Assembly (NCBI GenBank): GCA_964435925.1
Contig: CAYTBG010000005.1
Span: 1-47,117, forward strand
DNA length: 47,117 nt
Origin: an uncultured Eubacteriales bacterium
GTDB lineage: Bacteria; Acidobacteriota; Aminicenantia; Aminicenantales; Aminicenantaceae
Reading direction: 5' to 3'
Shown here piece after piece: positions 19,505-29,943 of this stretch. Position 1 is the first letter of the stretch, and the number at the start of each line of letters is the position of its first letter. The notes beneath the pieces were generated by a model that saw nothing but the letters and a program-made list of their open reading frames with translations, had not been told where the DNA came from and ran no database searches. The position numbers and the translations under genes are program-made.

Positions 19505-19573
19505 AGCATACTAAAATAAAACTCCGCATGGACTGACCTTGGATAACGATTGTATTAAGTCTGAGTGAAGATT
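19505..19573 (-). promoter_or_regulatory. Module-1-type phased direct-repeat box plus -10 (no obvious cognate gene)
   Basis: Plus-strand 11-bp units GGACTGACCTT|GGATAACGATT|GTATTAAGTCT|GAGTGAAGATT (19530-19573). The -10 TATGCT lies 19 nt downstream on the minus strand, the same spacing as at 24861-24929. Confidence 0.6.
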
Positions 19574-19575
19574 TA

Positions 19576-20265
19576 TTATCCCTTAAATTTATATCCTACA
19601 CCTCGCACACCAATGATGTACTTTGGATTAGATGGTTCGTCTTCAATTTTCTTTCTCAGATGAGCGATATGCTTATCCACCGTACGGGGTGTGACATAGA
19701 CATCATCACCCCAGACCTCATCAAGTATCAAGTCACGGTGCATTACCTGGTCTTTATGCTGAATGAGAAAGTGAAGCAGAGAAAATTCAAGTGCCGTTAG
19801 ATATATTGGCTTACCCTTTTTTTTCGCTTCATACTTAATAAAGTCAACATCGACATCGCCGAAGTGATATATATCGATTCCTTGCTGAAGTTGCTTCATC
19901 CTTCTAAGGAGGGCTTTAACACGGGCAAGAACTTCCCGGGGGCTAAATGGCTTTGTGACATAATCATCGGCACCCAGCTCCAATCCGAGAACTTTATCTA
20001 TCTCCTGGCTTTTGGCAGTTAATATCAGGATGGGCGTTGTAATTCCAGCTTGGCGTAATTGTTTACAGACTTCAAAGCCGTCCATTTTTGGCAGCATGAT
20101 ATCAAGGATGATGAGATCGTATCCTTTCTCTTTTGCCGCGGAAAGGCCTTGTAGCCCATCTTTTGCGCTGGAAACTTCATAACCCTCAAGTCTGAGGTTG
20201 TCCTCCAGAGCCATCAGGATACTTTCCTCATCCTCGATGACAAGAATTTTCTCCATTTCACTCAT
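19576..20265 (-). CDS. OmpR/PhoB-family response regulator RR1
   Basis: IEDE, IILDIMLP, GADDYVTKPF, winged helix RTVDKHIAHLRKK, VRGVGYKF. Confidence 0.97.
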   Translation of the reverse strand: MSEMEKILVIEDEESILMALEDNLRLEGYEVSSAKDGLQGLSAAKEKGYDLIILDIMLPKMDGFEVCKQLRQAGITTPILILTAKSQEIDKVLGLELGADDYVTKPFSPREVLARVKALLRRMKQLQQGIDIYHFGDVDVDFIKYEAKKKGKPIYLTALEFSLLHFLIQHKDQVMHRDLILDEVWGDDVYVTPRTVDKHIAHLRKKIEDEPSNPKYIIGVRGVGYKFKG

Positions 20266-20272
20266 CCTCTAT

Positions 20273-22399
20273 TCATTGAAGTGGAAGCTTTATCGAAAAT
20301 GTGCTGCCATGTCCCGGCTCGCTCTCAACATGAACGCTGCCGTGATGGGCTTCCGCAATTTGTTTGACTAAAGTCAATCCAAGCCCGCTGCCTTTTACCA
20401 TCCGTGTCAGCTCATCACCTCCACGATAGAAGCGTTCAAACACCTTGTCAATCTCTTCTTTCTTGATGCCAACACCAAAATCTTGGACAGCGATAACAAG
20501 ATATTGATCTTTTATAAATGATGAAACAACAACCTTTTTGGCTTCGCCAGAAAATTTGATGGCATTATCTACCAGATTATTAATCGCTTGGGTTAGAGCT
20601 GCGCTGTCAACCTCAATTAAGGGCAAAGACTTTTCAATTTTTGTCTGGATAACAGAACCCTCATGACGCACCCGATCTTGAATGGTCGAAACAATCTCTT
20701 GCAATAGTGCGCCGATATCAACGTTCTTAAACTCAAATTCTTTACGGCCTTCTTCCATTTGAGCAAAATTTAATATGTTTTCGGTGAGTAAAGAAAGTCT
20801 TTCACTTTGTTCTAAAAGAACATCATAGTACTTCTGGCGCCGCTCTTCAGAAGGTATCCTTCCTGCTTGAAGCATCTCTGCCAACTGCCTGATAGAAGTC
20901 AAAGGACTTTTGAACTCATGGGAGATAGTAGAGACAAAATCAGATTTCATTTTTGCAAGCTCCAGTTCATGGGAAACGGTGCGAATGGTCAAGATCGAAC
21001 CGAATATCAGAATACCCGCAATGAGAAGAAACATATAGAAATAAATGCCTCGTCGTGAAGTAAGAAAAGTCTCAAGAAGACGCTGCTCCTGTTGATGAAA
21101 CTCGAGCAACCAGTCCGGAAAGTTCCCTGCGAAATTTGTTTTGACAGTAACTGATCCTGAAGGCGAGTTTTCTGACTTCAGGATAACTTTACCATCCCTT
21201 CCTCTAACAATCCATTCAGTTTTCTCAGAGGAAACATTGCGCTGCAATGTTTGGTTGAGAACGTTATCTTTTAGATATTCAGCGTTGAGCAGAAGACCCC
21301 AAGTTTCATTATTTTCGGCTCCTTTCCCCGCATGTTGGCTCAACAATGAGACAAGATAAGAGTGCCTTCCGATCTCCAGTGTAAACCGTTTCGCATAGTC
21401 GCGAGGGGTATCCGAATCTCTAGAAATTTTTGCCTGCAAATCTGCTGCTGCACCTTCCTGGAAATCAAGTAATCTTTCTGTTATGTTTCTTTGTTTCTTT
21501 TCCTCGCCTTCTAATATCTGAAGAGTATTTTTGTAAGATTGGAGCTGTGAAGATAAGGATGGCCGGGAGAGAATTTCATCAATTGATTCTTTGGCGCGCT
21601 GTGTAAAAAAGTCATATTGAGCTTTTTCAAGCCTCCATTCTCTTTGAATCAGGCTTTTGTACGACTCAGTGAATGTTCTGGCGGAGCTTAAAGAATCATC
21701 GATTTCTAAAAATAATGAGCCCAGTTCCAGGCGAGCAACCAGTCCTAAGGGTATGCCGTCTGCAACTCGCACCTGGCTGAAGTCCTGAGCAATTGTCTCG
21801 TACGATTTTATGGCGTCCGGGAAGAATTTAGATTTTTTTTGGACTCTGGCAACCGCGCTTAGTAATTCTCCTTTCACCTGAGGGTCGGAAACCTCTCCCA
21901 TCGTTCTTTGATAGCTGATCAAAGCATCACGATATCTTTTCTTTTGAAATTCCAACTGCTGAGCAGCTTGAATCTTTCTCACCAAAGTGGGAGTTGGGGA
22001 AGAAGCAGAGAAGCGTTGCCTGCTCCCGTCCGGAAGAAAGAGAAACTTTGCTACGGGGAAGTAAATTTTTTTGAAGTCCTGGAAAAGAAAAACCTCCTCC
22101 ACTAGAGGATGCTGATTTTTTAGACTTTCCAGTGAATTGGAAAAAGCAGGCTTCGCGATTCCCTGGCTATTAGCAACTGTATTTAAGAAAGTCTGTTCAA
22201 CTTCGAAAATACTTTCATCAATAGATCTGGTGACCATTTCTGCAATTCTACGGTGTTCATCCAATCTCTTTTTTTCCAGCAAGGCCCGGTCATTCTGAAT
22301 ACCACGAAAAGCCAGATAACCCAGGAGCAGGCTCGGTAATCCGATACCCAGAAAGAAGAGGAGGAGTATCCTTTTGCGTTTATGTATTGACAGTCCCAT
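20273..22399 (-). CDS. Sensor histidine kinase HK1 with large TPR-containing extracytoplasmic domain
   Basis: TM1, about 420-aa loop with TPR-like helices (EFQKKRYRDALISYQ; AIKSYETIAQDF; GIPLGLVARLELG), TM2, ISHEFKSPL, NLVDNAIKF, GSGLGL. Confidence 0.95.
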   Translation of the reverse strand: MGLSIHKRKRILLLFFLGIGLPSLLLGYLAFRGIQNDRALLEKKRLDEHRRIAEMVTRSIDESIFEVEQTFLNTVANSQGIAKPAFSNSLESLKNQHPLVEEVFLFQDFKKIYFPVAKFLFLPDGSRQRFSASSPTPTLVRKIQAAQQLEFQKKRYRDALISYQRTMGEVSDPQVKGELLSAVARVQKKSKFFPDAIKSYETIAQDFSQVRVADGIPLGLVARLELGSLFLEIDDSLSSARTFTESYKSLIQREWRLEKAQYDFFTQRAKESIDEILSRPSLSSQLQSYKNTLQILEGEEKKQRNITERLLDFQEGAAADLQAKISRDSDTPRDYAKRFTLEIGRHSYLVSLLSQHAGKGAENNETWGLLLNAEYLKDNVLNQTLQRNVSSEKTEWIVRGRDGKVILKSENSPSGSVTVKTNFAGNFPDWLLEFHQQEQRLLETFLTSRRGIYFYMFLLIAGILIFGSILTIRTVSHELELAKMKSDFVSTISHEFKSPLTSIRQLAEMLQAGRIPSEERRQKYYDVLLEQSERLSLLTENILNFAQMEEGRKEFEFKNVDIGALLQEIVSTIQDRVRHEGSVIQTKIEKSLPLIEVDSAALTQAINNLVDNAIKFSGEAKKVVVSSFIKDQYLVIAVQDFGVGIKKEEIDKVFERFYRGGDELTRMVKGSGLGLTLVKQIAEAHHGSVHVESEPGHGSTFSIKLPLQ

Positions 22400-22476
22400 T
22401 AATAAAATTCTTTTAAGGACATATAAAACTCTTACTCGAAGGCTGAAATTTCTTTCTTTTTTACACTGCTTATCTA

Positions 22477-22505
22477 ATTTTAAAAAACCCTTCCAGCAAA
22501 AACAA
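22477..22505 (-). promoter_or_regulatory. Putative sigma70 promoter of HK1-RR1
   Basis: Minus strand TTGTTT-N17-TAAAAT. Confidence 0.35.
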
Positions 22506-22611
22506 GTTGTTTATAAGAGCTTGGAGTTTGATCTCAATATTCCATGTTTAAGGCTATTGGATTGATATGTTATTTTTATCAATAATTTAATTATAAAAAA
22601 TTAATTCCGGC

Positions 22612-22649
22612 AAATAAGGAGCAGAGTCTGGTAACAGGTCTGCCCCTTA
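22612..22649 (-). terminator. Hairpin downstream of protein A gene, probable terminator
   Basis: Minus strand TAAGGGGCAGACCTG-TTAC-CAGACTCTGCTCCTTA followed by TTTG, just after the stop codon. Confidence 0.55.
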
Positions 22650-22662
22650 CATGCTGTGCATC

Positions 22663-24822
22663 TTACTTTTTACTTTTGACCAGCGGCAGAAAATTCTCCA
22701 TCACCCAGAATTCTGGACTGTCACCCTGGTATCCTGAAAAAACAAACCTCTCCCCATCAGGTGACCAGTCAAGATGATACATGTTTATATCTACCAGATC
22801 TGTCTCAATGTCTTCGATACTCCCATCGTCTATTGAAATAACTCTAATATTCTTACCATAACTAGAGCTGGGTGCGTAATTAAAAGCGATCCTTTTGCTA
22901 TCCGGAGACCAGGCCAATTCGATGTTGACATGAACCATTTTTACTTTCGCTACCACACGCGAAACACCATCATTTAACGAGAGGATTTTCAGCGTCCCAC
23001 TATGCGAATTCTCTTCTTCGTCACTGGAAAAATAAGCAATCAGTTTCCCATCAGGTGACCATGCTATGGGACAGCACCAAACACTGTCGGAATCCGATGT
23101 CAAAACATTCGGATCTCCACCATTTAGCGGAACGGTGCAGATGTTCACCTCACCAAATCCCGTAGAATAAACCTTATCAGCTCTTGCGCGTACATAGGCG
23201 ATGGTCTTTCCATCCGGCGACCAACAAGGGAATCCGTTAAGAACGGATGCAGGCGTTTGGGTGAGCTGTTTTGGTTTTCCTCCAACAACGGGTAGTGTCC
23301 AGATTTGCCAGTGCCAACTCGTATCTTTTTTTGTCTGTCCCGACAAAACAATCGTCTTTCCATCCGGAGATACATCATTTCCTCCTCCATATGCCGGTTT
23401 GACGATTTTCTCATCAAACTGAATGGGAACAGTTTTAACTTTGCCTCCCTCAGCAGGAACAACAGCTAATGAAAGTTTTTCCCAATCACCACTCTTCTCA
23501 TCTATATTATTTGTGTGAAATATTCTTTTCCCATCGGGAGACCACCTGGGTTGTGCCGGATACCCTCCATGTGAGACCAACGCCGCCTTGCCACCAGTTG
23601 CCGGCAGCGTGTAAAGGCCAAATTCCGTATGACTGCGAAATACCGCTCCGATTTTATTATCAGGCGTCCATCCTGCTAAAAACATAATTCCCCCAGTTCC
23701 TTCAGGAATGTCAATCTTAACTAACTCCCCGGAGGCCACTCCATCCTCTCCAACAGGTATTATGCAAATTTGCTGGCTCTTCAGGTCCAGAAAAGCAATC
23801 GTGTCACCGTCAGGTGACCAGGTAGGACTTGACGCATTCCCGGCATTGGCAACCAGTTTTGGAGTCCCGTTAGACGCGGGTATCACCCATAAACCTCCAC
23901 CCGCTCTACCCAAATTTTTGGTGTCTACGTACGCGATCATCTTTCCATCAGGAGAAAAGACCGGTTCTCTGGCTTGGGCATCAACCAATTGCTTCGGCAA
24001 GCCCCCATCTACGGAGATTGTATGGATATGACACTCCTTATTGTCAACCGATGAAAAAGCCAGGATCTTTCCGTCCGGAGACAAACTCATTTTATAGTTT
24101 ACGATACGTGCATCCCGGTAATTTTCATATACTTTCCTTGGCTTTCCACCTTCGGCTGAAACAATATACATACCCTGTTTTCCCTCTTTTTCTTTCCGTT
24201 TATCACTTTTTGTCCAATCATTGAATACGATCCATTTACCATCACCAGACCAGGCAAGTCCGGACCAATCAACTTCCACATCGTCGGTATTCAGTATGCG
24301 AGGAGCCCCGGGAAATTCAGAGCCCAGTTTCCCCGATAGGGGCATCATCCAGAGCTTTTTGTCAGATGGAGAAGCGAAGATCACTTTTTTGCCATCCGGA
24401 GAGAACTGCATAACCCAAGAAAGCTTGGTTGGAACCTGAAGCTTTCGGAAAGTAGGTTTATGAGGCACTTTTTCTATTGTCTCAGTCAGCCTGGCAAGTC
24501 TTTCTTTTGCCAGAGCCACTACTTGCTTCTGCCCAGGATACTCGTCTATGAGGCGTTGGTAGGCTTTTTGTGCCTCTTGTTTTCCTAGTTTTTCGTAGCA
24601 CAGTCCGATATGATACAGCGCTTTGGAGGCAGTGGCCTCATTCCCTGAAAAATCATTCAGAATCCTTTCATAAATTGCAATAGCCTTCTCTAGCTCCCCT
24701 TCAACTTCCTCTTTGTATAAGCCGGATTGGTAGAGCTGTTCTGCGCTTTGCTGGACGTATGCTGGTGATACCAAAACTAATGCTAAAGCAAAAACACCAA
24801 GCATAATAAATCGTGATCTCAT
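22663..24822 (-). CDS. Secreted TPR + double PD40 (TolB-like) beta-propeller protein A
   Basis: Sec signal peptide, N-terminal TPRs (ALYHIGLCYEKLG), 12 [WFLV]SPDG-like blades, C-terminal FWVMENFLP. Confidence 0.9.
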   Translation of the reverse strand: MRSRFIMLGVFALALVLVSPAYVQQSAEQLYQSGLYKEEVEGELEKAIAIYERILNDFSGNEATASKALYHIGLCYEKLGKQEAQKAYQRLIDEYPGQKQVVALAKERLARLTETIEKVPHKPTFRKLQVPTKLSWVMQFSPDGKKVIFASPSDKKLWMMPLSGKLGSEFPGAPRILNTDDVEVDWSGLAWSGDGKWIVFNDWTKSDKRKEKEGKQGMYIVSAEGGKPRKVYENYRDARIVNYKMSLSPDGKILAFSSVDNKECHIHTISVDGGLPKQLVDAQAREPVFSPDGKMIAYVDTKNLGRAGGGLWVIPASNGTPKLVANAGNASSPTWSPDGDTIAFLDLKSQQICIIPVGEDGVASGELVKIDIPEGTGGIMFLAGWTPDNKIGAVFRSHTEFGLYTLPATGGKAALVSHGGYPAQPRWSPDGKRIFHTNNIDEKSGDWEKLSLAVVPAEGGKVKTVPIQFDEKIVKPAYGGGNDVSPDGKTIVLSGQTKKDTSWHWQIWTLPVVGGKPKQLTQTPASVLNGFPCWSPDGKTIAYVRARADKVYSTGFGEVNICTVPLNGGDPNVLTSDSDSVWCCPIAWSPDGKLIAYFSSDEEENSHSGTLKILSLNDGVSRVVAKVKMVHVNIELAWSPDSKRIAFNYAPSSSYGKNIRVISIDDGSIEDIETDLVDINMYHLDWSPDGERFVFSGYQGDSPEFWVMENFLPLVKSKK

Positions 24823-24860
24823 GATCGATCCTCCTTTTTACATTTTATTTTTCAGGAGGA

Positions 24861-24929
24861 AAAATACCACAAGAAATATTCGAGTGAATGAAGCTTGTGT
24901 AACGATTGTGTGAAGATTCGGTGAAGATT
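24861..24929 (-). promoter_or_regulatory. Module-1 box (four 11-bp direct repeats) plus extended -10 for protein A
   Basis: Sense strand AATCTTCACCG|AATCTTCACAC|AATCGTTACAC|AAGCTTCATTC, then 19 nt, then TATTTT preceded by TGG. Confidence 0.7.
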
Positions 24930-25529
24930 AAAGATTTGCTCCGAGTTCGCCCAATCACCTTCAAAACGCATACAATTTGTTTTGGGAATTTTGGAGTGAT
25001 TTCGCCTTATTAAAATTATTGGATAGACCCACAAACATTAAGGTAAAATCTGTAATAAACGATCCAGCCCAACAATAAAGGTTCCTCTCTCTACCTGCTT
25101 GAGATAGCCTGATGCATCTATCACCTGAAAAGCTGCAGGAACTTTAATCCGATTTTTAAAATATTTGTCGTATTTATGTTCCTTGCTGACAGACCTTGCC
25201 ACCCGGGCATGATAATTTTTGTATGGCTATTTTCTATAATAGTAGAAAAAAGTCAAGGCCATTTTTCACTAAAGTAGAAATTAGACAATCTATTGCTTTC
25301 CTCTAAAATTGGGGTGCAGGCCTCAATATTCAAGATTGCTGGATAGATGCGTTTTTAATTTATTTTTTTGTAATCGGAAAAATAAAAGTTGCTTTAGCCA
25401 GTTAACTCAAAAGAAATAAGGGAATCGTCCCCCTTGAGTTATTTAACTTTTAGCCCAGTAACGGAGGGGCAGAACTTACAAAGCTTAGATGAAATAAAAG
25501 AAGAGCAATGATTAAGATTGCATATTTTT

Positions 25530-27677
25530 TCATTTCTGCCCTCCTTTACCTTCCTTCTTATCTTTAGGCAGGAAATTCTCCATCACCCAGATCTCTGGGA
25601 GCATTGTGTGACCAGAAAGAGAGCCAAAAGTAATCCGTTCGCCATCAGGATGAACACTCAGCTGTATGAACCCACGCATTGTCAATCCCAGATTTTCGGC
25701 TTCACCTCCTTTAGCCGGAATTCTCCACAGCTCCCTTTCTCCTCCTTCAGAATCGGGTTTTCTTTTGGAGAAATATATATAACGACCGTCAGGGGACCAA
25801 TCGATATCAATGATGTTGCGCCCCTTGAATCCAAATCTATGCAATTCGACAGGTTCCCCTCCCTTAATCGACATTACCTTCAGCACTCTCAAATTTTCCT
25901 CTTCCCGCAAAAGTAAGGCCAGTCGCTGACCGTCAGGGGAGAGAGCTAGGATATTATTATCATGAGGGGGATTTCGAAAAAGCTCTTCCTCTTTTCCAGT
26001 TTCTAGATCTCGAACAACAACCGGATAATATTCGGCAGACTTTGTTTCATGGATATAGAAGATTAACTTTCCATCTAAAGATAATACCGGCGACCAGAGT
26101 GCGTCATAAGATTCTTTTTCCTTTTTCGGAATTAGTAGAGTGGCTTCACCAGTTTGAGCATCAATCTTGTAAATACCCCCACCGGACTGAAAACCCTCAG
26201 CAGGCAGCAGGATGGAACGCCCATCAGGGCACCAATGAGGACGATAAAAGTGAACAAATTTGTCTTTAAAATTAAATTCACGGACTCTTCCTGATTCCGC
26301 AGAATAGAGGCAGAGAATCGATTGACGTTTCCCTGGTCCCCTGAGAGAGACGTAGACAAGGTTTTTTCCGTCAGGTGACCAATCTGGACAGTTATTGTTT
26401 CCTTCGTAGGGAAGAGGATCCTTCTTCGGCTGTTCAATGATATTGCCCGTTTCTGGATCAAGCTTGGCGGAGTAAATATCCCACGTGGCTCCCTCAGTGC
26501 TGTAGTAAAACGAACCATCCTGGCTGAATCCTAGGGACACGATTATCCCTATATCCCGCCTTACAAGCTGAGGATCTCCCTGAGGTTTTCCTTCCAAGAC
26601 TGGAATGATCCAGGCATCCCTGGTTCCTGTGCGGTCGCTTGAGAACAGGATCCATTTTCCATCAGGAGACCAACCAAGCAGATAATCATCAGCCGGATGG
26701 GCGATGAGCGGAATTTTTTTCGTCCCATCTGATGAGATTAGGGAAATATCTTTCTTCCTAAATTCTTCCTTCTGTGGAAAGTCATAGACAATATAGCGGC
26801 CATCAGGGGAAAATCTTGCCTTCATCGGAAAAGGGTCCACTGCATCAAAGGTTTTAAGGATTTGGATAGGGCTGTCTTTAATTGAAATTAAACCTAGCTG
26901 CCAACGTTTCGCCTCATTCAAGAAAAAGGCCAGAATGTTCTTGCCGTCAGGAGACCAATCTGCCAGCTCAACCCATCCCTTGTTATAATCAACTTGGTGG
27001 AGAAGGCGAGGTTCTGAACCGTCAAGTCCTACGATATGCACTTCAACTTGACCTTTAGCACCATCCAACCAGATATAAGCCAATTGCTTTCCATCGGGCG
27101 ACCACACAGAAGTCTCAGCAAAAGCAAAAGATTCATCCCAGGAACCTTTATGGGTGAGATGGCGATTCTTCCCAGTGGCCATCTCTCTTATAGCCAGGTT
27201 GCCGGTTTCCCAGTCTACAAAAGATAGATATTTCCCATCAAAAGAAATCTCACCACTGCCATCCACTTCTTTGCCTGTCCAGACTTGCCTTACTTGAAAT
27301 TCTTTATCTCCTTTTTCTAAGGCAGCCTGTGCTCTGAGGAGAATTGACAATTTTTCCTGCGCCATCCTTACAATATCCCTCTGGCCGGGATAATCGCTGA
27401 TCACCTTTTGGAAAGCTTCCTGGGCTAATTTGGCCTTTTTCTGCCCCAGCTTCTCGTAGCAGATTCCGATACGGAGTTGGGCTTTGGCGGCGAGAGATTC
27501 ATCCTTTGTTTCAGTGACAACCTTCTTATAGAGAGAAATCGCCTCCTCGAGGTTTCCCTCCCCGCGCTCTTTGGCCAGCGCTTTTTGAAACAGATCGTAT
27601 CCGCTTTGAGCGGCAGAACTTGCAAAGATAAGAGGTAAAAAAATGAGAATTGCTATCAAAACTGTAAGTTTTTTCAT
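25530..27677 (-). CDS. Secreted TPR + double PD40 beta-propeller protein B
   Basis: Signal peptide (..ASSAA/Q), TPR AQLRIGICYEKLG, 12 PD40-like blades, IWVMENFLP. ATGA overlap with C. Confidence 0.9.
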   Translation of the reverse strand: MKKLTVLIAILIFLPLIFASSAAQSGYDLFQKALAKERGEGNLEEAISLYKKVVTETKDESLAAKAQLRIGICYEKLGQKKAKLAQEAFQKVISDYPGQRDIVRMAQEKLSILLRAQAALEKGDKEFQVRQVWTGKEVDGSGEISFDGKYLSFVDWETGNLAIREMATGKNRHLTHKGSWDESFAFAETSVWSPDGKQLAYIWLDGAKGQVEVHIVGLDGSEPRLLHQVDYNKGWVELADWSPDGKNILAFFLNEAKRWQLGLISIKDSPIQILKTFDAVDPFPMKARFSPDGRYIVYDFPQKEEFRKKDISLISSDGTKKIPLIAHPADDYLLGWSPDGKWILFSSDRTGTRDAWIIPVLEGKPQGDPQLVRRDIGIIVSLGFSQDGSFYYSTEGATWDIYSAKLDPETGNIIEQPKKDPLPYEGNNNCPDWSPDGKNLVYVSLRGPGKRQSILCLYSAESGRVREFNFKDKFVHFYRPHWCPDGRSILLPAEGFQSGGGIYKIDAQTGEATLLIPKKEKESYDALWSPVLSLDGKLIFYIHETKSAEYYPVVVRDLETGKEEELFRNPPHDNNILALSPDGQRLALLLREEENLRVLKVMSIKGGEPVELHRFGFKGRNIIDIDWSPDGRYIYFSKRKPDSEGGERELWRIPAKGGEAENLGLTMRGFIQLSVHPDGERITFGSLSGHTMLPEIWVMENFLPKDKKEGKGGQK

Positions 27678-29911
27678 CTGTTCCCTCCTTTGCTTTGCTT
27701 TTTATCCAAAGGAAGGAAGTTATCCATGGCATAGATTTCTTTTATTCTTTGGCCAGCCCTGAAAGCGATGTGCTGTCCATCAGGATGGACGCTTAGCCCA
27801 TACACTCTGTCCATTGACAGTCCTATTTTTTGAGGTTCTCCTCCTTCCGTTGAAATTAGCCAAAACTCAAATTTATACCCTCTCTGGAATCGACTTTCTG
27901 CAAATAGTAGTGCTTTTCCATCAGGAGTCCAATCTGTAGTCTCAATTATCTTTCCTTTTTTCCACCTCACCACTTCCCTTGCTTCTCCACCAGATATAGG
28001 TATGATCTTTAAAATAGATTCGTGTGTTTCCCTTTCTCGCACATTGAATGCTAAGAATTGTCCGTCTGGTGAGAGGTCCAGATCTTGCGGGAAGAAAGGT
28101 CGCCCTCCCCAGTAGTAACGCTGAAAATTATCACTATGGATTTCCTTCTTTTCTTTGGATGCGAGGTCAAACATCATGATACGGGCAATTTTTTGCTCGG
28201 GATGTTTGTATATACAGAATATCTTTTTTCCATCTCGGGACAAAACAGGAGCTCCAACTATATCGCCTTTATTGAACTGAAGAATGGATATGAAATCTCC
28301 TGTTTTGGCATCGATCTTGTAAAATCCTTCATGACCTTCTTTTTCGCTTCCTACCGCAAGAATAAAGCGTCCATCAGGATCCCAGCATGTTCCCCATATG
28401 TATCTAAGTTCAGGATATATTTCGCGTTCCTCACCATTCTCTAGGGAACGGATACAGAGAACTGACTTGGAGCCAAGCATATCGTGTCCAGTTTCAGGAT
28501 AAGAGATATAAGCTAAGTACTTTCCGTCTGGCGACCAGTCTGGATGCATTGTAGAGCCTACAAAGTGCTCGGACGCTTTTTTTGGTTTTGACAGAATTTC
28601 ATGAGTTTTGGAATCGATCTCGGCTATGTAAACATCACTGACCACAGTCTCAAAGGCATAATAGAATGATCCATTCTTGTCAAAGCCTTTAGGCCAAATC
28701 GTTCCCACATCCTTTTTAATAAGAACAGGATCTCCCTGAAGTTCACCTTCTGAGACTCGTATAGCCCATATACTTGTAGTTCCTGTGCGGTCGCTGGCAA
28801 AGATAAGGCTTTTCCCATCTGGAGTCCATCCGAGCACGAAATCATCTGCAGGGTGCTTGACCAGAGCAACCTCCTGAGTCCCGTCTATTGAGAGCAGGAA
28901 AATATCTCGCTTTGAAGAATTTTCCTGTTTTAGATCAAAAACAACGTAACGGTCGTCAGGTGAAAATAGCTCTCCTATCATAAAGGCATCGCCGCGAGGG
29001 AGCTTATCAAACGTTTTGAGCACACGCACTGAACCCTCTGCCACAGATATCATCATAAGCTGGCGGGTTTTATCTTTTCTGATGAATTCAGCCAATATGT
29101 ACCTGCCATCCTGTGACCAATCAAGAGGATTCACCTCTGCCAAATTATCATCACTGCAGAGGATTCTTGTATTTGAACCATCAAATCCAGTAATCCTCAG
29201 TTCTTTGAAAGAATCCTTAAAGTTTCCCTCTTCATCCCAGGCATCTTTTAGCGCAAAAACATTCTTGAATTTCAGCCAGGAGTAAGCCACCTTTTTTGTA
29301 TCCGGTGACCAAATGCTCCCACCCCAATGAAATTCGATAGGCTTCTTGGAGGAAGGTTCTCTTGATGCAGACCAAACCTTTTCTTTTGTTATGAAATGCT
29401 TCTTTTTCGTTGCAAATTCGAGAGCGCAAACATTTGGAGAATACATATCCCAGTACAAGAGATAGCGGCCGTCAGGAGAAGGCCTGCCCATGTTACCTCT
29501 GCCGCCCATTCTTGCATAATCCCAGACTTTTCTGATTCTAAATTCCTTATCACCTTTTTTGATGACGGTTTGAGCTTTCACGAGGATGGATAATTTTTCT
29601 TTGGCTACTTTGACTGTTTCGGTCTGGCTGGGATAATTATCAATGACTTTCTGAAAAGCCTTTTGTGCCTCCTTCATTCCTAACTTTTCATAGCATATTC
29701 CAATACGAAGTTGGGCTTTAGCCGCCAGAGATTCATCCTTTGTTTCAGCGACAACCTTCTTATAGAGAGAAATCGCTTCCTCGAGGTTTCCCTCGCCGCG
29801 CTCTTTGGCCAGCGCCTTTTGAAACAAGTCGTAACCGTTTTGAGCAGCAAGACTTCCAAAGCTGAAAGATAACAGGATGAATATTGCTATTAGGATCGAT
29901 AATCTTTTCAT
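27674..29911 (-). CDS. Secreted TPR + double PD40 beta-propeller protein C
   Basis: Signal peptide, TPR almost identical to B, repeated WSPD/FSPD/WTPDG blades, IYAMDNFLP. RBS AAGGAGG. Confidence 0.9.
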   Translation of the reverse strand: MKRLSILIAIFILLSFSFGSLAAQNGYDLFQKALAKERGEGNLEEAISLYKKVVAETKDESLAAKAQLRIGICYEKLGMKEAQKAFQKVIDNYPSQTETVKVAKEKLSILVKAQTVIKKGDKEFRIRKVWDYARMGGRGNMGRPSPDGRYLLYWDMYSPNVCALEFATKKKHFITKEKVWSASREPSSKKPIEFHWGGSIWSPDTKKVAYSWLKFKNVFALKDAWDEEGNFKDSFKELRITGFDGSNTRILCSDDNLAEVNPLDWSQDGRYILAEFIRKDKTRQLMMISVAEGSVRVLKTFDKLPRGDAFMIGELFSPDDRYVVFDLKQENSSKRDIFLLSIDGTQEVALVKHPADDFVLGWTPDGKSLIFASDRTGTTSIWAIRVSEGELQGDPVLIKKDVGTIWPKGFDKNGSFYYAFETVVSDVYIAEIDSKTHEILSKPKKASEHFVGSTMHPDWSPDGKYLAYISYPETGHDMLGSKSVLCIRSLENGEEREIYPELRYIWGTCWDPDGRFILAVGSEKEGHEGFYKIDAKTGDFISILQFNKGDIVGAPVLSRDGKKIFCIYKHPEQKIARIMMFDLASKEKKEIHSDNFQRYYWGGRPFFPQDLDLSPDGQFLAFNVRERETHESILKIIPISGGEAREVVRWKKGKIIETTDWTPDGKALLFAESRFQRGYKFEFWLISTEGGEPQKIGLSMDRVYGLSVHPDGQHIAFRAGQRIKEIYAMDNFLPLDKKQSKGGNR

Positions 29912-29943
29912 GCCTTTCCTCCTTTGTTTTTTAATCCTCTCAT

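Noticed and set aside
24852-25034. 60-aa ORF upstream of gene A, and similar ORFs at 30000..30200, 42798..43022 and 8219..8407
   Set aside because: They run through operator or promoter DNA, lack an RBS and have no protein-like features.
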